A stretch of 64,000 nt of DNA, taken from Candidatus Latescibacterota bacterium (GTDB lineage Bacteria; Latescibacterota; UBA2968; UBA8231). The translations under genes and the position numbers were made by a program. Shown here in pieces: positions 29,107 through 37,983 of this stretch. Location: contig OZ241867.1 in assembly GCA_965203175.1 (NCBI GenBank), forward strand, positions 5,472,001 through 5,536,000, written 5' to 3'. The notes below the pieces were generated by a model that was not told where the DNA came from, ran no database searches, and was given only the letters and a program-made list of their open reading frames with translations. Position 1 is the stretch's first letter. Each line of letters begins with the position of its first letter.

Positions 29107-29565
29107 TTAGTTTTGATAGGCGCTCTTAAACTCATGCAATAAGACCCGCATTTTCTCCACCTGTTCCACGTCCACCGTCTGCTTGCACTTCATGGCCCCC
29201 CGGAGCATCTTGTGCAAAAGCACCAGCTTTGCGGTATATGCGGCCATTGCTTCGTCTCCTTCTTCCACCTCCTTGAGCCGCTGCGTCATAAAATACTGGG
29301 TGACGACGTGCTGGATTCTGTTGGCGTGCTCTTCCTTATTCGCCACCCATCGCGCTAGCTGATTCGCACTTTGGGCGTCGCTTTGGCCCGCGAGCGCAGC
29401 GATTTGCTTCATGGCCTTCTCAATGGTCGTCAGATCTTCCTCTATCGCGGCAAAACGCGCCTCGTCTCCATAAATACCGCAGGGGATTTCACAGTGCGCC
29501 AACAGCGGTGCAGTTGTAGCCAAAAGACAACAGGCGATCAGGATCATCAATTTTCCGTTCTTCAC
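29107..29565 (-). CDS. sodN: Nickel superoxide dismutase precursor
   Basis: Ni-hook HCEIPCGIY directly after a signal-like leader; RWV..KEEHA and K.KQ motifs; AAGGAGG RBS before GTG 29565. Confidence 0.92.
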   Translation of the reverse strand: MKNGKLMILIACCLLATTAPLLAHCEIPCGIYGDEARFAAIEEDLTTIEKAMKQIAALAGQSDAQSANQLARWVANKEEHANRIQHVVTQYFMTQRLKEVEEGDEAMAAYTAKLVLLHKMLRGAMKCKQTVDVEQVEKMRVLLHEFKSAYQN

Positions 29566-29649
29566 AAGGACCTCCTTAGCAAAATAGTTTGTGGATATAG
29601 GCAAGGCATTATAGGGCGATTTCGTCGGCAGGGCAATTTTGCGCCGGCC

Positions 29650-30744
29650 CTAATCGCGCCAAGTGCGCGAGTCTGCGCGGATGAGCCAGCGGTTGATCTT
29701 ACCGTCTGCGTCCAAATCGACGATTTCCTCTAGTTGCGCCTCAAACTGGTGGTCGGTCACTTGGATGACCGGCGGCCAACGGAAGTGCTCCAAGTCCCGC
29801 GCCTCCATCCCGAGCGAGTCCAAGCTGGACGCATAGTGGCCGCGCTCGCGGCGAAAGCTCTGCTGGCGGTAGTAGATTCCGCGCAAAACGCGCTTGGCCT
29901 CCTCGGCAACTGCCGGGCGAAAGGGCACCTTTTGCCGCCCGACGACCTCAGCGGCAAATTGCACGAACCCCCACTTTTCTGGGTAGTGCATATTAACCAG
30001 CCCTTGCGGCGACCAAACCCAGTTGTCCGGGCTGCGGCCCTCTATTTTGACGTATTTACCCACGTCGGTAGCCAAGGCCCATTGCACCCGCGAAAAATTG
30101 ATCCGCCATTGATCGCCATCCATCGGCGGCACCTTCTTGTGCGTGGCCTCGGCCAGCACGGCCCACGGGAAAGCCATCTCCACCGACCACCCCTGGTCCT
30201 CATCAGTGGGATCGTTAATGCTGCCCCACACCCGCACAGCCGTTTGCAGACCGGCGATGTCCCAAGCGCTTACGTAAGGGCCGCCGTCGCGGTAGGGCTT
30301 AATCATCAGCAAATCCCACTCCGTGCCGAGTGCATTGATCTCAAACTCGTAGTACTGATGCGTATCGCCGTCCGGGTCGATAAAGACCTCGAAGTCGTTT
30401 TCTTGGTAGATCGTCGCATCGCGCATAGCGATGGTAGCCCACACGTGCGGCTCCTCCAAATCGGCGGCTATGTATAGATACTCGTCGTCCCACAGCATTT
30501 TAGCCCGCGTCTGCAGGCGCGGCACGGGTTTGCGCTCGCCCTCAATATCGACGAAGGGCGCAGTCCAATCCGCCCGCTGCCAAGACGGCTCGTCGAGATT
30601 GCCGTCGATGTCGATAGCCCCGGCCGTGCGATACGCCACATAAGTCCGCGGCTCGATGCTCTCTACGTAGTCGATGTCAAAGCGCGGTTGCCCCTCGGCG
30701 ACAGAGGCCAGCAAGGCCGCGCCCAACATAGCCCAGTGCAACAT
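29650..30744 (-). CDS. Secreted CBM9-like carbohydrate-binding domain protein
   Basis: IDG.LDE.SW, WDDEYLY, ENDFEVFIDP, YYEFEINA, WRINFSR; AAGGAG before ATG 30744. Confidence 0.85.
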   Translation of the reverse strand: MLHWAMLGAALLASVAEGQPRFDIDYVESIEPRTYVAYRTAGAIDIDGNLDEPSWQRADWTAPFVDIEGERKPVPRLQTRAKMLWDDEYLYIAADLEEPHVWATIAMRDATIYQENDFEVFIDPDGDTHQYYEFEINALGTEWDLLMIKPYRDGGPYVSAWDIAGLQTAVRVWGSINDPTDEDQGWSVEMAFPWAVLAEATHKKVPPMDGDQWRINFSRVQWALATDVGKYVKIEGRSPDNWVWSPQGLVNMHYPEKWGFVQFAAEVVGRQKVPFRPAVAEEAKRVLRGIYYRQQSFRRERGHYASSLDSLGMEARDLEHFRWPPVIQVTDHQFEAQLEEIVDLDADGKINRWLIRADSRTWRD

Positions 30745-30858
30745 GGCTGCTCCTTTGTTTGCTCTTTCCCAAGTCTGACGCCATTGCATCAATATATCAC
30801 TTTGCGCTACTTTTGGAATGTGCAATATCAACAATTCACCTCAAAACAGACTCACGCC

Positions 30859-31182
30859 ATGACTGACAAAATGGCCCTCTATAAGAGTGGCATGAACAAA
30901 TTCGTCCAGCAGGACTTTGCCGGAGCCTTGGACGACCTAGCCCAAGCCATCGCCCTCGACCCGCAATTTGCCGATGCCTACCAAGCTATGGCGCATTGCC
31001 ACGAGAAGTTGGGCGACCTCGACCAAGCGCTCAGCGCAGCGCAAAAGGCCGCCGAGCACGACCCCGACGACTTCCTCGTCCACACTAGCCTCTCCATGTT
31101 CTACCAGCGCAAAGGCATGATCGCCGAGGCCGAACGAGAAAAGGCCATCGCCGCCAAGCTGCAAATGGAGAACCCCTTGTAA
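30859..31182 (+). CDS. Small TPR protein
   Basis: A...L..AIALDP.FADAY..MA..H.KLG..D.A TPR pattern. Confidence 0.8.
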   Translation: MTDKMALYKSGMNKFVQQDFAGALDDLAQAIALDPQFADAYQAMAHCHEKLGDLDQALSAAQKAAEHDPDDFLVHTSLSMFYQRKGMIAEAEREKAIAAKLQMENPL

Positions 31183-31186
31183 GCTC

Positions 31187-32221
31187 GTGCAACTCGGCCC
31201 TCACCAGCTCAACCCCTTCAAGGAGGATATGCCCATCCTCACCCTAGCGCCAATGGCCGGGGTGAGCAACTGGGTCTTCCGCCTTATCTGCGCGCGCCTC
31301 GGAGCGCGGCTGGTAGGAGTTGAATTTATCAACTGCCGCGCTATCGGCATCCACTCGCGCAAGAGCATACAGATGCTCGATTTTTCCGACGCGCCCATCT
31401 ACGCCGACACTGGCATCTCGCTGCTGGCTGCGCAAATCTACGGCAACGACATCGATCTGATCGCCAATGGAGCGCGGGAATTCGAGCGGCGCGGCGCGCA
31501 GGTGGTAGATATCAACTTTGGCTGTTCCGTACCCAAGATCGTCGCCAAAGGCTGCGGCGCGGCCTATTTGCGCGATCTCGATCGGCTCTATCAAGCCGTC
31601 GAGCGCACGGTCAAAGCCGTCTCGGTTCCGGTCATCGTCAAGACGCGCCTAGGCTGGGACGAAGAGGAGATCAATATCCTCGAAGTGGTGCGCCGCTGCG
31701 AGGACGCCGGTGCCCAAGCAGTGGCCATCCACGCCCGCACCGTCGTGCAAAAATACAAGGGCCGCGCCAACTGGCACTGGATCGGCCGCGCTGTCGAAGC
31801 TTCCTCCCTGCCCATCATCGGCAACGGCGACGTACTCACCCTCGACGACGCCCACCTCATGCAGCGGGAAACAGGCTGCGCCGCGGTCATGGTCGGGCGG
31901 GCGGCCTTGGCCAATCCCTGGCTCTTTTCCGGCCGCAGCGGCGCGACTCTCTCCGAGCGCATCAACTTGGCGCTGGAGCAGCTACGCCTGATGGCCGCAT
32001 ACAAAGGCGAGCGCGCCGGCGTCCGCGAGACGCGCAAGCACCTCGCGCTCTACTTCAAAAGCCTACCCCGCGCCTCCGAGTTGCGCCGCCGCCTGCTGAC
32101 AACCGCTTCTCTCGCCGAGTTAGCCGATCTGCTAGCCGAGTGGAAAGAACCAGCCGCCGAAGAAGCCGATCTTACCCTGTCAGCAGCCGAAGCCGAAGCC
32201 CTCGCTTGGGGAGGTAATTGA
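31187..32221 (+). CDS. dusB: tRNA-dihydrouridine synthase family protein
   Basis: LAPMAG, DINFGC, VK.RLGWD, HART, GNGDV, VMVGRA..NPW. Confidence 0.88.
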   Translation: MQLGPHQLNPFKEDMPILTLAPMAGVSNWVFRLICARLGARLVGVEFINCRAIGIHSRKSIQMLDFSDAPIYADTGISLLAAQIYGNDIDLIANGAREFERRGAQVVDINFGCSVPKIVAKGCGAAYLRDLDRLYQAVERTVKAVSVPVIVKTRLGWDEEEINILEVVRRCEDAGAQAVAIHARTVVQKYKGRANWHWIGRAVEASSLPIIGNGDVLTLDDAHLMQRETGCAAVMVGRAALANPWLFSGRSGATLSERINLALEQLRLMAAYKGERAGVRETRKHLALYFKSLPRASELRRRLLTTASLAELADLLAEWKEPAAEEADLTLSAAEAEALAWGGN

Positions 32222-33450
32222 TAACAGCAATGAAAATCAAATCCATCGACCTAGTCCGCATCCAGCGCCCCGACGGCCCTTCGCTCCGCGCCCGTTCTCA
32301 AGCCGGCTCGACGCTTTCCGCCTCGACGGCCCCTGCCCAGCAGAGCCAATCCCGCCGCAAGGCCTGGCCCACCGAAATTGAAGTAGCCAACCCAATGTCG
32401 CGCTTTCCGCGCTTCAAGCCCCGTCGCCAACTCTACGCCGCCCAGCAATGGCCCGGCTTCGCAGTCAAAGTCACGGCTGAAGACGGCACTTGGGGCTTGG
32501 GCACGGCGGCGGGTCGCCCAACTGCCGCTGTAATAGAAGACGCTTTCGCCCATATCCTCGTAGGCGAAGACTGCTTAGCCATCGACAAGCTGTGGGATAT
32601 GATGTTCCGCGTCTCCAAATCCTTCGGCACCGTCGGCATTGCCACCGTTGCCATCAGCGCCGTGGACTTAGCGCTGTGGGATCTGGCTGGCAAGCTGCAA
32701 CAAAAGCCCGTGTACCAGCTCATCGGCGGCCCAGCCCGCGAGCGCATTTTCACCTATGCCACCGGCGACGACGTCGATTGGTATCGCGAATTGGGCTTCC
32801 GCGCCTTCAAACTGCCCTGCCAATACGGCCCCGCCGACGGCCTGTGGGGTCTAGACCAAAACGAGCGGCGAGTTGCCGAAGTCCGCGAGTTGATCGGCGA
32901 CGATTGCGAGCTCATGCTCGACTGCTACATGGCCTTTGACGTCGAATACAGCGTCCGCCTAGCCGAGCGCCTCAGACCCTACAAGTTGCGCTGGCTGGAG
33001 GAGTGCCTGATCCCCGAAGACGTCAAAAGTCACATCAAACTCAAAGAGTGCCTGCCCTGGCAAACGCTGGCCAGCGGCGAGCACTTCTACACCCACTATC
33101 CCTACCAGCAAATGATCGAGCACCGCGCCCTCGACGTGCTGCAACCCGATATCCACTGGGTCGGCGGGCTAACCGCCTGTATCAAGATCTGTCACATGGC
33201 CGAGGCCGCTGGTCTTGAAGTCTGCCTCCACGGCGGCGGGCGTGACCCCTATGGCCAGCACTTGACTTGGGCAATGCCCAACACGCCCTGGGGCGAATAC
33301 TACATCGGCTCAGATCCGGGAATCCCACTGGAGGAAGTAGCCGAGCCGGGGGCGCTGGTGCCCAAAGACAGCTATCTGGAATTTGTGCCGCGCGGACCGG
33401 GTTTCGACTTGGGGATCGAGGAGGATTGGTTGGTGCCATTCGAGGCCTAG
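32218..33450 (+). CDS. Enolase-superfamily acid-sugar dehydratase (L-rhamnonate dehydratase-like)
   Basis: ANPMS, AISAVDLALWD, YATG, LMLDCYM, WLEE, GEH, QPDI.W.GG. Confidence 0.85.
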   Translation: MITAMKIKSIDLVRIQRPDGPSLRARSQAGSTLSASTAPAQQSQSRRKAWPTEIEVANPMSRFPRFKPRRQLYAAQQWPGFAVKVTAEDGTWGLGTAAGRPTAAVIEDAFAHILVGEDCLAIDKLWDMMFRVSKSFGTVGIATVAISAVDLALWDLAGKLQQKPVYQLIGGPARERIFTYATGDDVDWYRELGFRAFKLPCQYGPADGLWGLDQNERRVAEVRELIGDDCELMLDCYMAFDVEYSVRLAERLRPYKLRWLEECLIPEDVKSHIKLKECLPWQTLASGEHFYTHYPYQQMIEHRALDVLQPDIHWVGGLTACIKICHMAEAAGLEVCLHGGGRDPYGQHLTWAMPNTPWGEYYIGSDPGIPLEEVAEPGALVPKDSYLEFVPRGPGFDLGIEEDWLVPFEA

Positions 33451-33518
33451 GCCACTTGTCCAGACGACCGATTTTGTGTATCTAACTGTAGGTACCCGTC
33501 TCCCAATGAGTCCTGCCC

Positions 33519-35531
33519 ATGCGTTTCATCTTTGCCATCCCCTTTTCGTTTCTTCTGCCCAGTGCTCTGTCGGCGCAAATAAGCACTTGGCAGCTCGGCG
33601 GCAGCGACGGCCTTGCATGGTCGGCAAGCGATTCAGTGCACATCTTCATCGACTTCGATTCCATCCCCGGGGCCATCCAGCCCATCTACCTGACTTCTGC
33701 CCAAACTGTCTTTTCTCACCTCGACAACTGGTCTCCGTGGAAATTCCCCCGCGAGATGGGCTATGTCGATGGCCAGCGGCCCCGCGCTTGGAAGCACGGC
33801 TTAGGAGACTCGCGAACCGTACACAATGCCACGTACCTAGTCGATGGCGACAGCACCACCTACAACCCTCCGTCCTCAGACCTGCGGAACTTCGACTGGT
33901 TTACCTTTGACGTGGCAGTGCCCGTCCCGGCCACCCGCTTCGGCTTTTTCACGCCACCGCGTGGTTTCCGCTCGGATGGTACTCCACTAGCCGACGATGC
34001 TGTCCCTGCCTTTGAAGTGAGCGTTGCCACCGAAGCCGATCCCGCATGGCATGGGCACAATTCCTACGCGCGCATCGGGCCGCTTATCGCCGACGTCGCC
34101 GAAAACCTGTCTCCCACCGTGCGAATCGACCTGCCCCGCCAATATGTCCGCTTCATCCGCTGGCGGCGCAACGAGTCCGTACTCGATCCGACCTTGGTCG
34201 TCCAAGAGAACTCGCTGTCGGGTCAAGCGCGGCCAGGCACCATCGGCGACTTTGAACTCTACGCCCACGGGGTCCCGCAGCGCGTGCTGTATCTATCCAA
34301 CATCATCGATCTCGGCGCGGAAGTGAACTTTGGCCGATTGTTCTGGTCGGCGACTTCCATGCGGATGGCAGACGGCACCTTGGTCCCGGCACCTGAAGCG
34401 GCTGTCGGGTTGCGCGTCGAGGTGCGCACCGGTAGGGATCAAGACCCCAATATCTACCGCGAATTCGACGACAAGGGCCGCGAGGTTGAAGTCTCGCGCC
34501 AGCGTTACGAGTTTGAACTCAAGGAGGCGCAAGGCTACGGCTACGTCGCCGGCGAGCGGCCTGGGGTCCGCGCGTCAATAGCCTATGACGAGGACAACTG
34601 GACCTTCTGGTCGCCCGCCTTCTCCGCGCCTGGCCAGCCGCTCAACCTGCACAATGGCTCCCATATCCAAGTCAAAATCACCCTCGATAGCGCGGATTTC
34701 GACGCCTTTACGCGCCTAGATTCACTGTGGATCGAGCAGGCACCCCTCCTAGCGCGCCAGATCGTCGGCGAAGTAGCCCGCCTCGACGACCCGCAACCGA
34801 GCGGTTTCACCGAAGTGGCCCTAGGGCAGGCGACGAGTTTCAGCTACGATATTCGCGCCGACTTTGCAGCCTCCGAGTCGGGCTTCGACGCGCTGCGCAT
34901 TCGCACCGGCAGCCGAGTCCACCTTCAGACGCTGGCAATGGGCGACCCATTGGTGTCCGTCGAGCCCCTCCGGGTCGAGATCAACGACGACGAATTCCGC
35001 ATCGAGTTGCCCGAGCGGGTCCACGCTGCCAACAACGTGCCCATCCGCATCGAGTTCACAACCGATGTCTTCGTCTTCGCCACGACCTTCGAAGGAGAAG
35101 CTATCGACACGACGACCGAACGCCTGCCCCAACCTATTCGGGGCGGCGATGCCACAGCCGCCGTATCGACCAACAGCCTGCGCGTGCTGAGTGCGAAGAC
35201 CGGCCCCATCAATGCAATCCAGAACCTGCGCTTTTCAACACCGGTTTTGACCCCCAACGGCGACCATGTAAACGACCTAGTGCAGGTCTCTTATTCCCTC
35301 TTCCGCCTACCTGCTAGCGTACCCGTCGAACTGCGGGCCTATTCTCTGGATGGCCGGCAAGTCGCACGCCTATCGTTTGCGCCGCAGGCTGCTGGACCGC
35401 AGCACCTTCGCTGGGACGGACGAGACGAGTTGGGACAACTCCTGCCACCCGGCCTCTACCTGCTTGAAGTAGGGCTGCAATCCGACGAGATCAGTGATCA
35501 CCTACTGCGTCCGCTGGGCATCGCCTACTGA
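33519..35531 (+). CDS. Secreted CTD protein, subtype A (A1)
   Basis: Signal peptide; QISTWQLGG, VDGDSTTYN, IIDLG.EVNFGRLFW, NWTFWS, LTPNGDHVND; ends LGIAY. Confidence 0.88.
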   Translation: MRFIFAIPFSFLLPSALSAQISTWQLGGSDGLAWSASDSVHIFIDFDSIPGAIQPIYLTSAQTVFSHLDNWSPWKFPREMGYVDGQRPRAWKHGLGDSRTVHNATYLVDGDSTTYNPPSSDLRNFDWFTFDVAVPVPATRFGFFTPPRGFRSDGTPLADDAVPAFEVSVATEADPAWHGHNSYARIGPLIADVAENLSPTVRIDLPRQYVRFIRWRRNESVLDPTLVVQENSLSGQARPGTIGDFELYAHGVPQRVLYLSNIIDLGAEVNFGRLFWSATSMRMADGTLVPAPEAAVGLRVEVRTGRDQDPNIYREFDDKGREVEVSRQRYEFELKEAQGYGYVAGERPGVRASIAYDEDNWTFWSPAFSAPGQPLNLHNGSHIQVKITLDSADFDAFTRLDSLWIEQAPLLARQIVGEVARLDDPQPSGFTEVALGQATSFSYDIRADFAASESGFDALRIRTGSRVHLQTLAMGDPLVSVEPLRVEINDDEFRIELPERVHAANNVPIRIEFTTDVFVFATTFEGEAIDTTTERLPQPIRGGDATAAVSTNSLRVLSAKTGPINAIQNLRFSTPVLTPNGDHVNDLVQVSYSLFRLPASVPVELRAYSLDGRQVARLSFAPQAAGPQHLRWDGRDELGQLLPPGLYLLEVGLQSDEISDHLLRPLGIAY

Positions 35532-35541
35532 AGGTGGAGCT

Positions 35542-37887
35542 ATGCGCTTCCTCGTTGCCTTTGCAGCTTGGCTCGCTTTGCCGACCGTTTCCGGCTGGAC
35601 CGAAATGCTGAGTTTCGACAGCGCAGAAAAATGGCAAAGCTGGACCATGCCTGCCGGGCTAGTACAGGTGGATGCAGAGGGCATGCTGCGTCTGACCAAA
35701 TACCGCAAGGAAGTGGACGCCATCCGCGATGCCCATCTCTTCACCCATTCCACCCAAAAACGCGGCGAAGTGGCAGGCGGAATCTGGCAGGTCGGCAGCG
35801 GAAGCGCGACTGCCGCAAACGCCATCGACGGCGATCCTGCGACCTTCTGGCAGCCCAATCCAGCCGACAAGCTCAAAGATTGGTTCCTCGATATCGACTT
35901 GGGCCGCGCCGTACTCGCCCGCCACATTCGTCTGACCTTTCCCGATCAAGAGGGTGCCCGCCCGCTGCGGCAGTTTACCGTCTATGGCACCACCGGCGCG
36001 CGCATCCAAGCCACGGCCGATGTCTTCAAATACGAGCCAGTCTATCGCACCACCCTGCCCAACCGCGCCACTTCCCTGACCATTCCCCTCGAGTACCCGG
36101 CCGCCGACACCGTCCTGACGGTTGATCCAGACATGGCCATTGATCGAACCTTTGAAAACCGCTACCAAGTGATTCAGTACATTAGTATCGTCGTCGAAGC
36201 CCAGAGCCCAGATGCGGCACTCGCCGAAGTCGAAATACTCACTGTGGGCGACAATATCAGCATCGGCACCGCCGAGCGCGGCACCTTCCTCAACGGCACG
36301 GTAGCCGCGGCCCCCAATAACCTCTTTGACGCCGATATCAACACCACCAACCTCATCACCTCTGGGCGCGGCGACCAAGGTTGGGAGAAGGCCGGGACCT
36401 GGTTCTACGTCGATCTAGGGGCCGTGTTCTTCGTCGATGAACTCTTCCTCTACGTACTCCAACCTTTTGAGGGCACTGCGGGCCATCACCGCGGCTCGGC
36501 CGGCCCAGGTCACAACATCCTAGTTTCGGACGGCTCGCTGAGCGTGGGCACTTCCCTACCCGTACCTGCGCCGCTCGACTACAGCGATCTGCTCACGCAC
36601 GTCAATCCCAAGGCGGATGGCCTCTATCGCATACGCTATAAATTTAGGCCGCGCAGGATGCGCTATATGTTCTGGCACGGCCTGACCGACCGCGATTGGC
36701 AGGAATCCAAATGGGGCGAGTTCATGCTGTTCTCGCCGGGCTATCCCGCTCAAGTCTCACTGCGCTCCGACTTTATCGACCTCGGCCAGATCACCGGCGA
36801 CGAGCGGCCTAAAGTCATCAAGGGCCTGCACTGGGACTCCGACCTGCCTCCTGAAACTAGAATGCAACTGCGCTCGCGTTCGGGCAACGCGCTGGCACCG
36901 ATCTATACCTTCCACAACAAGATCGGCGAAGAGATCACCGAAGAAAAATGGAACAGCTCGCCCAAAGTGCTGCGCGGCCCCATCGACACCACGCTAGTCG
37001 TCGGCGAGGACTGGGACGCTTGGAGCAATGTGTACCAGTTTTCCGGCGAAACCTTTAAATCGCAAAGCCCGCGTCGCTTCGTGCAACTGGAGCTGATTCT
37101 CGCCACCGACCACCCCGAGGTCGCGCCCACAGTCAACGCGCTGTCGATTGAATTCGACGCGGCACTGCTCCAGAGTGCCCGCGGGCGCGTCGAGCCGCGC
37201 AGTGCCTCACCCAACGAGGAGACGGCCTTCACTTATACCCTGTTGCCCAGCGCCAGCCCCGCTGACGTCGGCTTCGACCTAATGCGCTTTGACCTGCCGG
37301 GTCCGATCAATCTGCACAGCGTGAGCGTGGAAAAGGGTGCCGAAACCACCTCGGCGTCGGCCTCCCTGCGCGGAGACTCCCTACTCATCGCTTTACCCGA
37401 ACCAGTCAGAGACGATTCGCTCCACGTCAACTTTACCACCCGCTTAGTGCGCAATGCCACGCTTTTTGCGTTGGACTTAGGCTCCAGCGCGCATCCAGGA
37501 CTGTGGCAGTCGGTCGAACCGGCAGCGCGCCGTGCCAATATCGTCATGCTGCCCGAACTGACCAGCAGCAGCCAGCTCATCGACGACTTTTTCATCTCCT
37601 CGCCGACACTCACGCCCAACGGCGATGGTATCAACGATCAGCTAGAGGTCCGATTCATCGTCCTCAAAGTCGAAGGCCGCGAGCCGCGCGTGAATGTCTT
37701 CGACCTCGCCGGGCGCAAAGTAGCCGTTCTCACGCCAGTCGCCGAGGGATTGCACCGCCTCTTCACATGGGACGGCACCCAAGCCACAGGCGCAGTCGTA
37801 GAGTCTGGCATCTACGTCCTGCGCGTCGATCTGGGTGCCGACTCCGGTGACGATACGGTCCTGCACACCATCTCCGTCGCCTATTAG
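35542..37887 (+). CDS. Secreted CTD protein, subtype B (B1; two discoidin-like modules)
   Basis: Signal peptide; SFDSA..W, AIDGDP.TFW..IDLGRA, TWFYVDLGA, SDFIDLG, LTPNGDGIND; ends ISVAY. Confidence 0.88.
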   Translation: MRFLVAFAAWLALPTVSGWTEMLSFDSAEKWQSWTMPAGLVQVDAEGMLRLTKYRKEVDAIRDAHLFTHSTQKRGEVAGGIWQVGSGSATAANAIDGDPATFWQPNPADKLKDWFLDIDLGRAVLARHIRLTFPDQEGARPLRQFTVYGTTGARIQATADVFKYEPVYRTTLPNRATSLTIPLEYPAADTVLTVDPDMAIDRTFENRYQVIQYISIVVEAQSPDAALAEVEILTVGDNISIGTAERGTFLNGTVAAAPNNLFDADINTTNLITSGRGDQGWEKAGTWFYVDLGAVFFVDELFLYVLQPFEGTAGHHRGSAGPGHNILVSDGSLSVGTSLPVPAPLDYSDLLTHVNPKADGLYRIRYKFRPRRMRYMFWHGLTDRDWQESKWGEFMLFSPGYPAQVSLRSDFIDLGQITGDERPKVIKGLHWDSDLPPETRMQLRSRSGNALAPIYTFHNKIGEEITEEKWNSSPKVLRGPIDTTLVVGEDWDAWSNVYQFSGETFKSQSPRRFVQLELILATDHPEVAPTVNALSIEFDAALLQSARGRVEPRSASPNEETAFTYTLLPSASPADVGFDLMRFDLPGPINLHSVSVEKGAETTSASASLRGDSLLIALPEPVRDDSLHVNFTTRLVRNATLFALDLGSSAHPGLWQSVEPAARRANIVMLPELTSSSQLIDDFFISSPTLTPNGDGINDQLEVRFIVLKVEGREPRVNVFDLAGRKVAVLTPVAEGLHRLFTWDGTQATGAVVESGIYVLRVDLGADSGDDTVLHTISVAY

Positions 37888-37983
37888 AACCTCTATCTCA
37901 GCGGTAATTATTTAATTCGGCGCATGGCTCTTTTTGCGTTATCTTCCCGCTAGCATTTCACCTCGACGGAGGTACAGTGTCCG

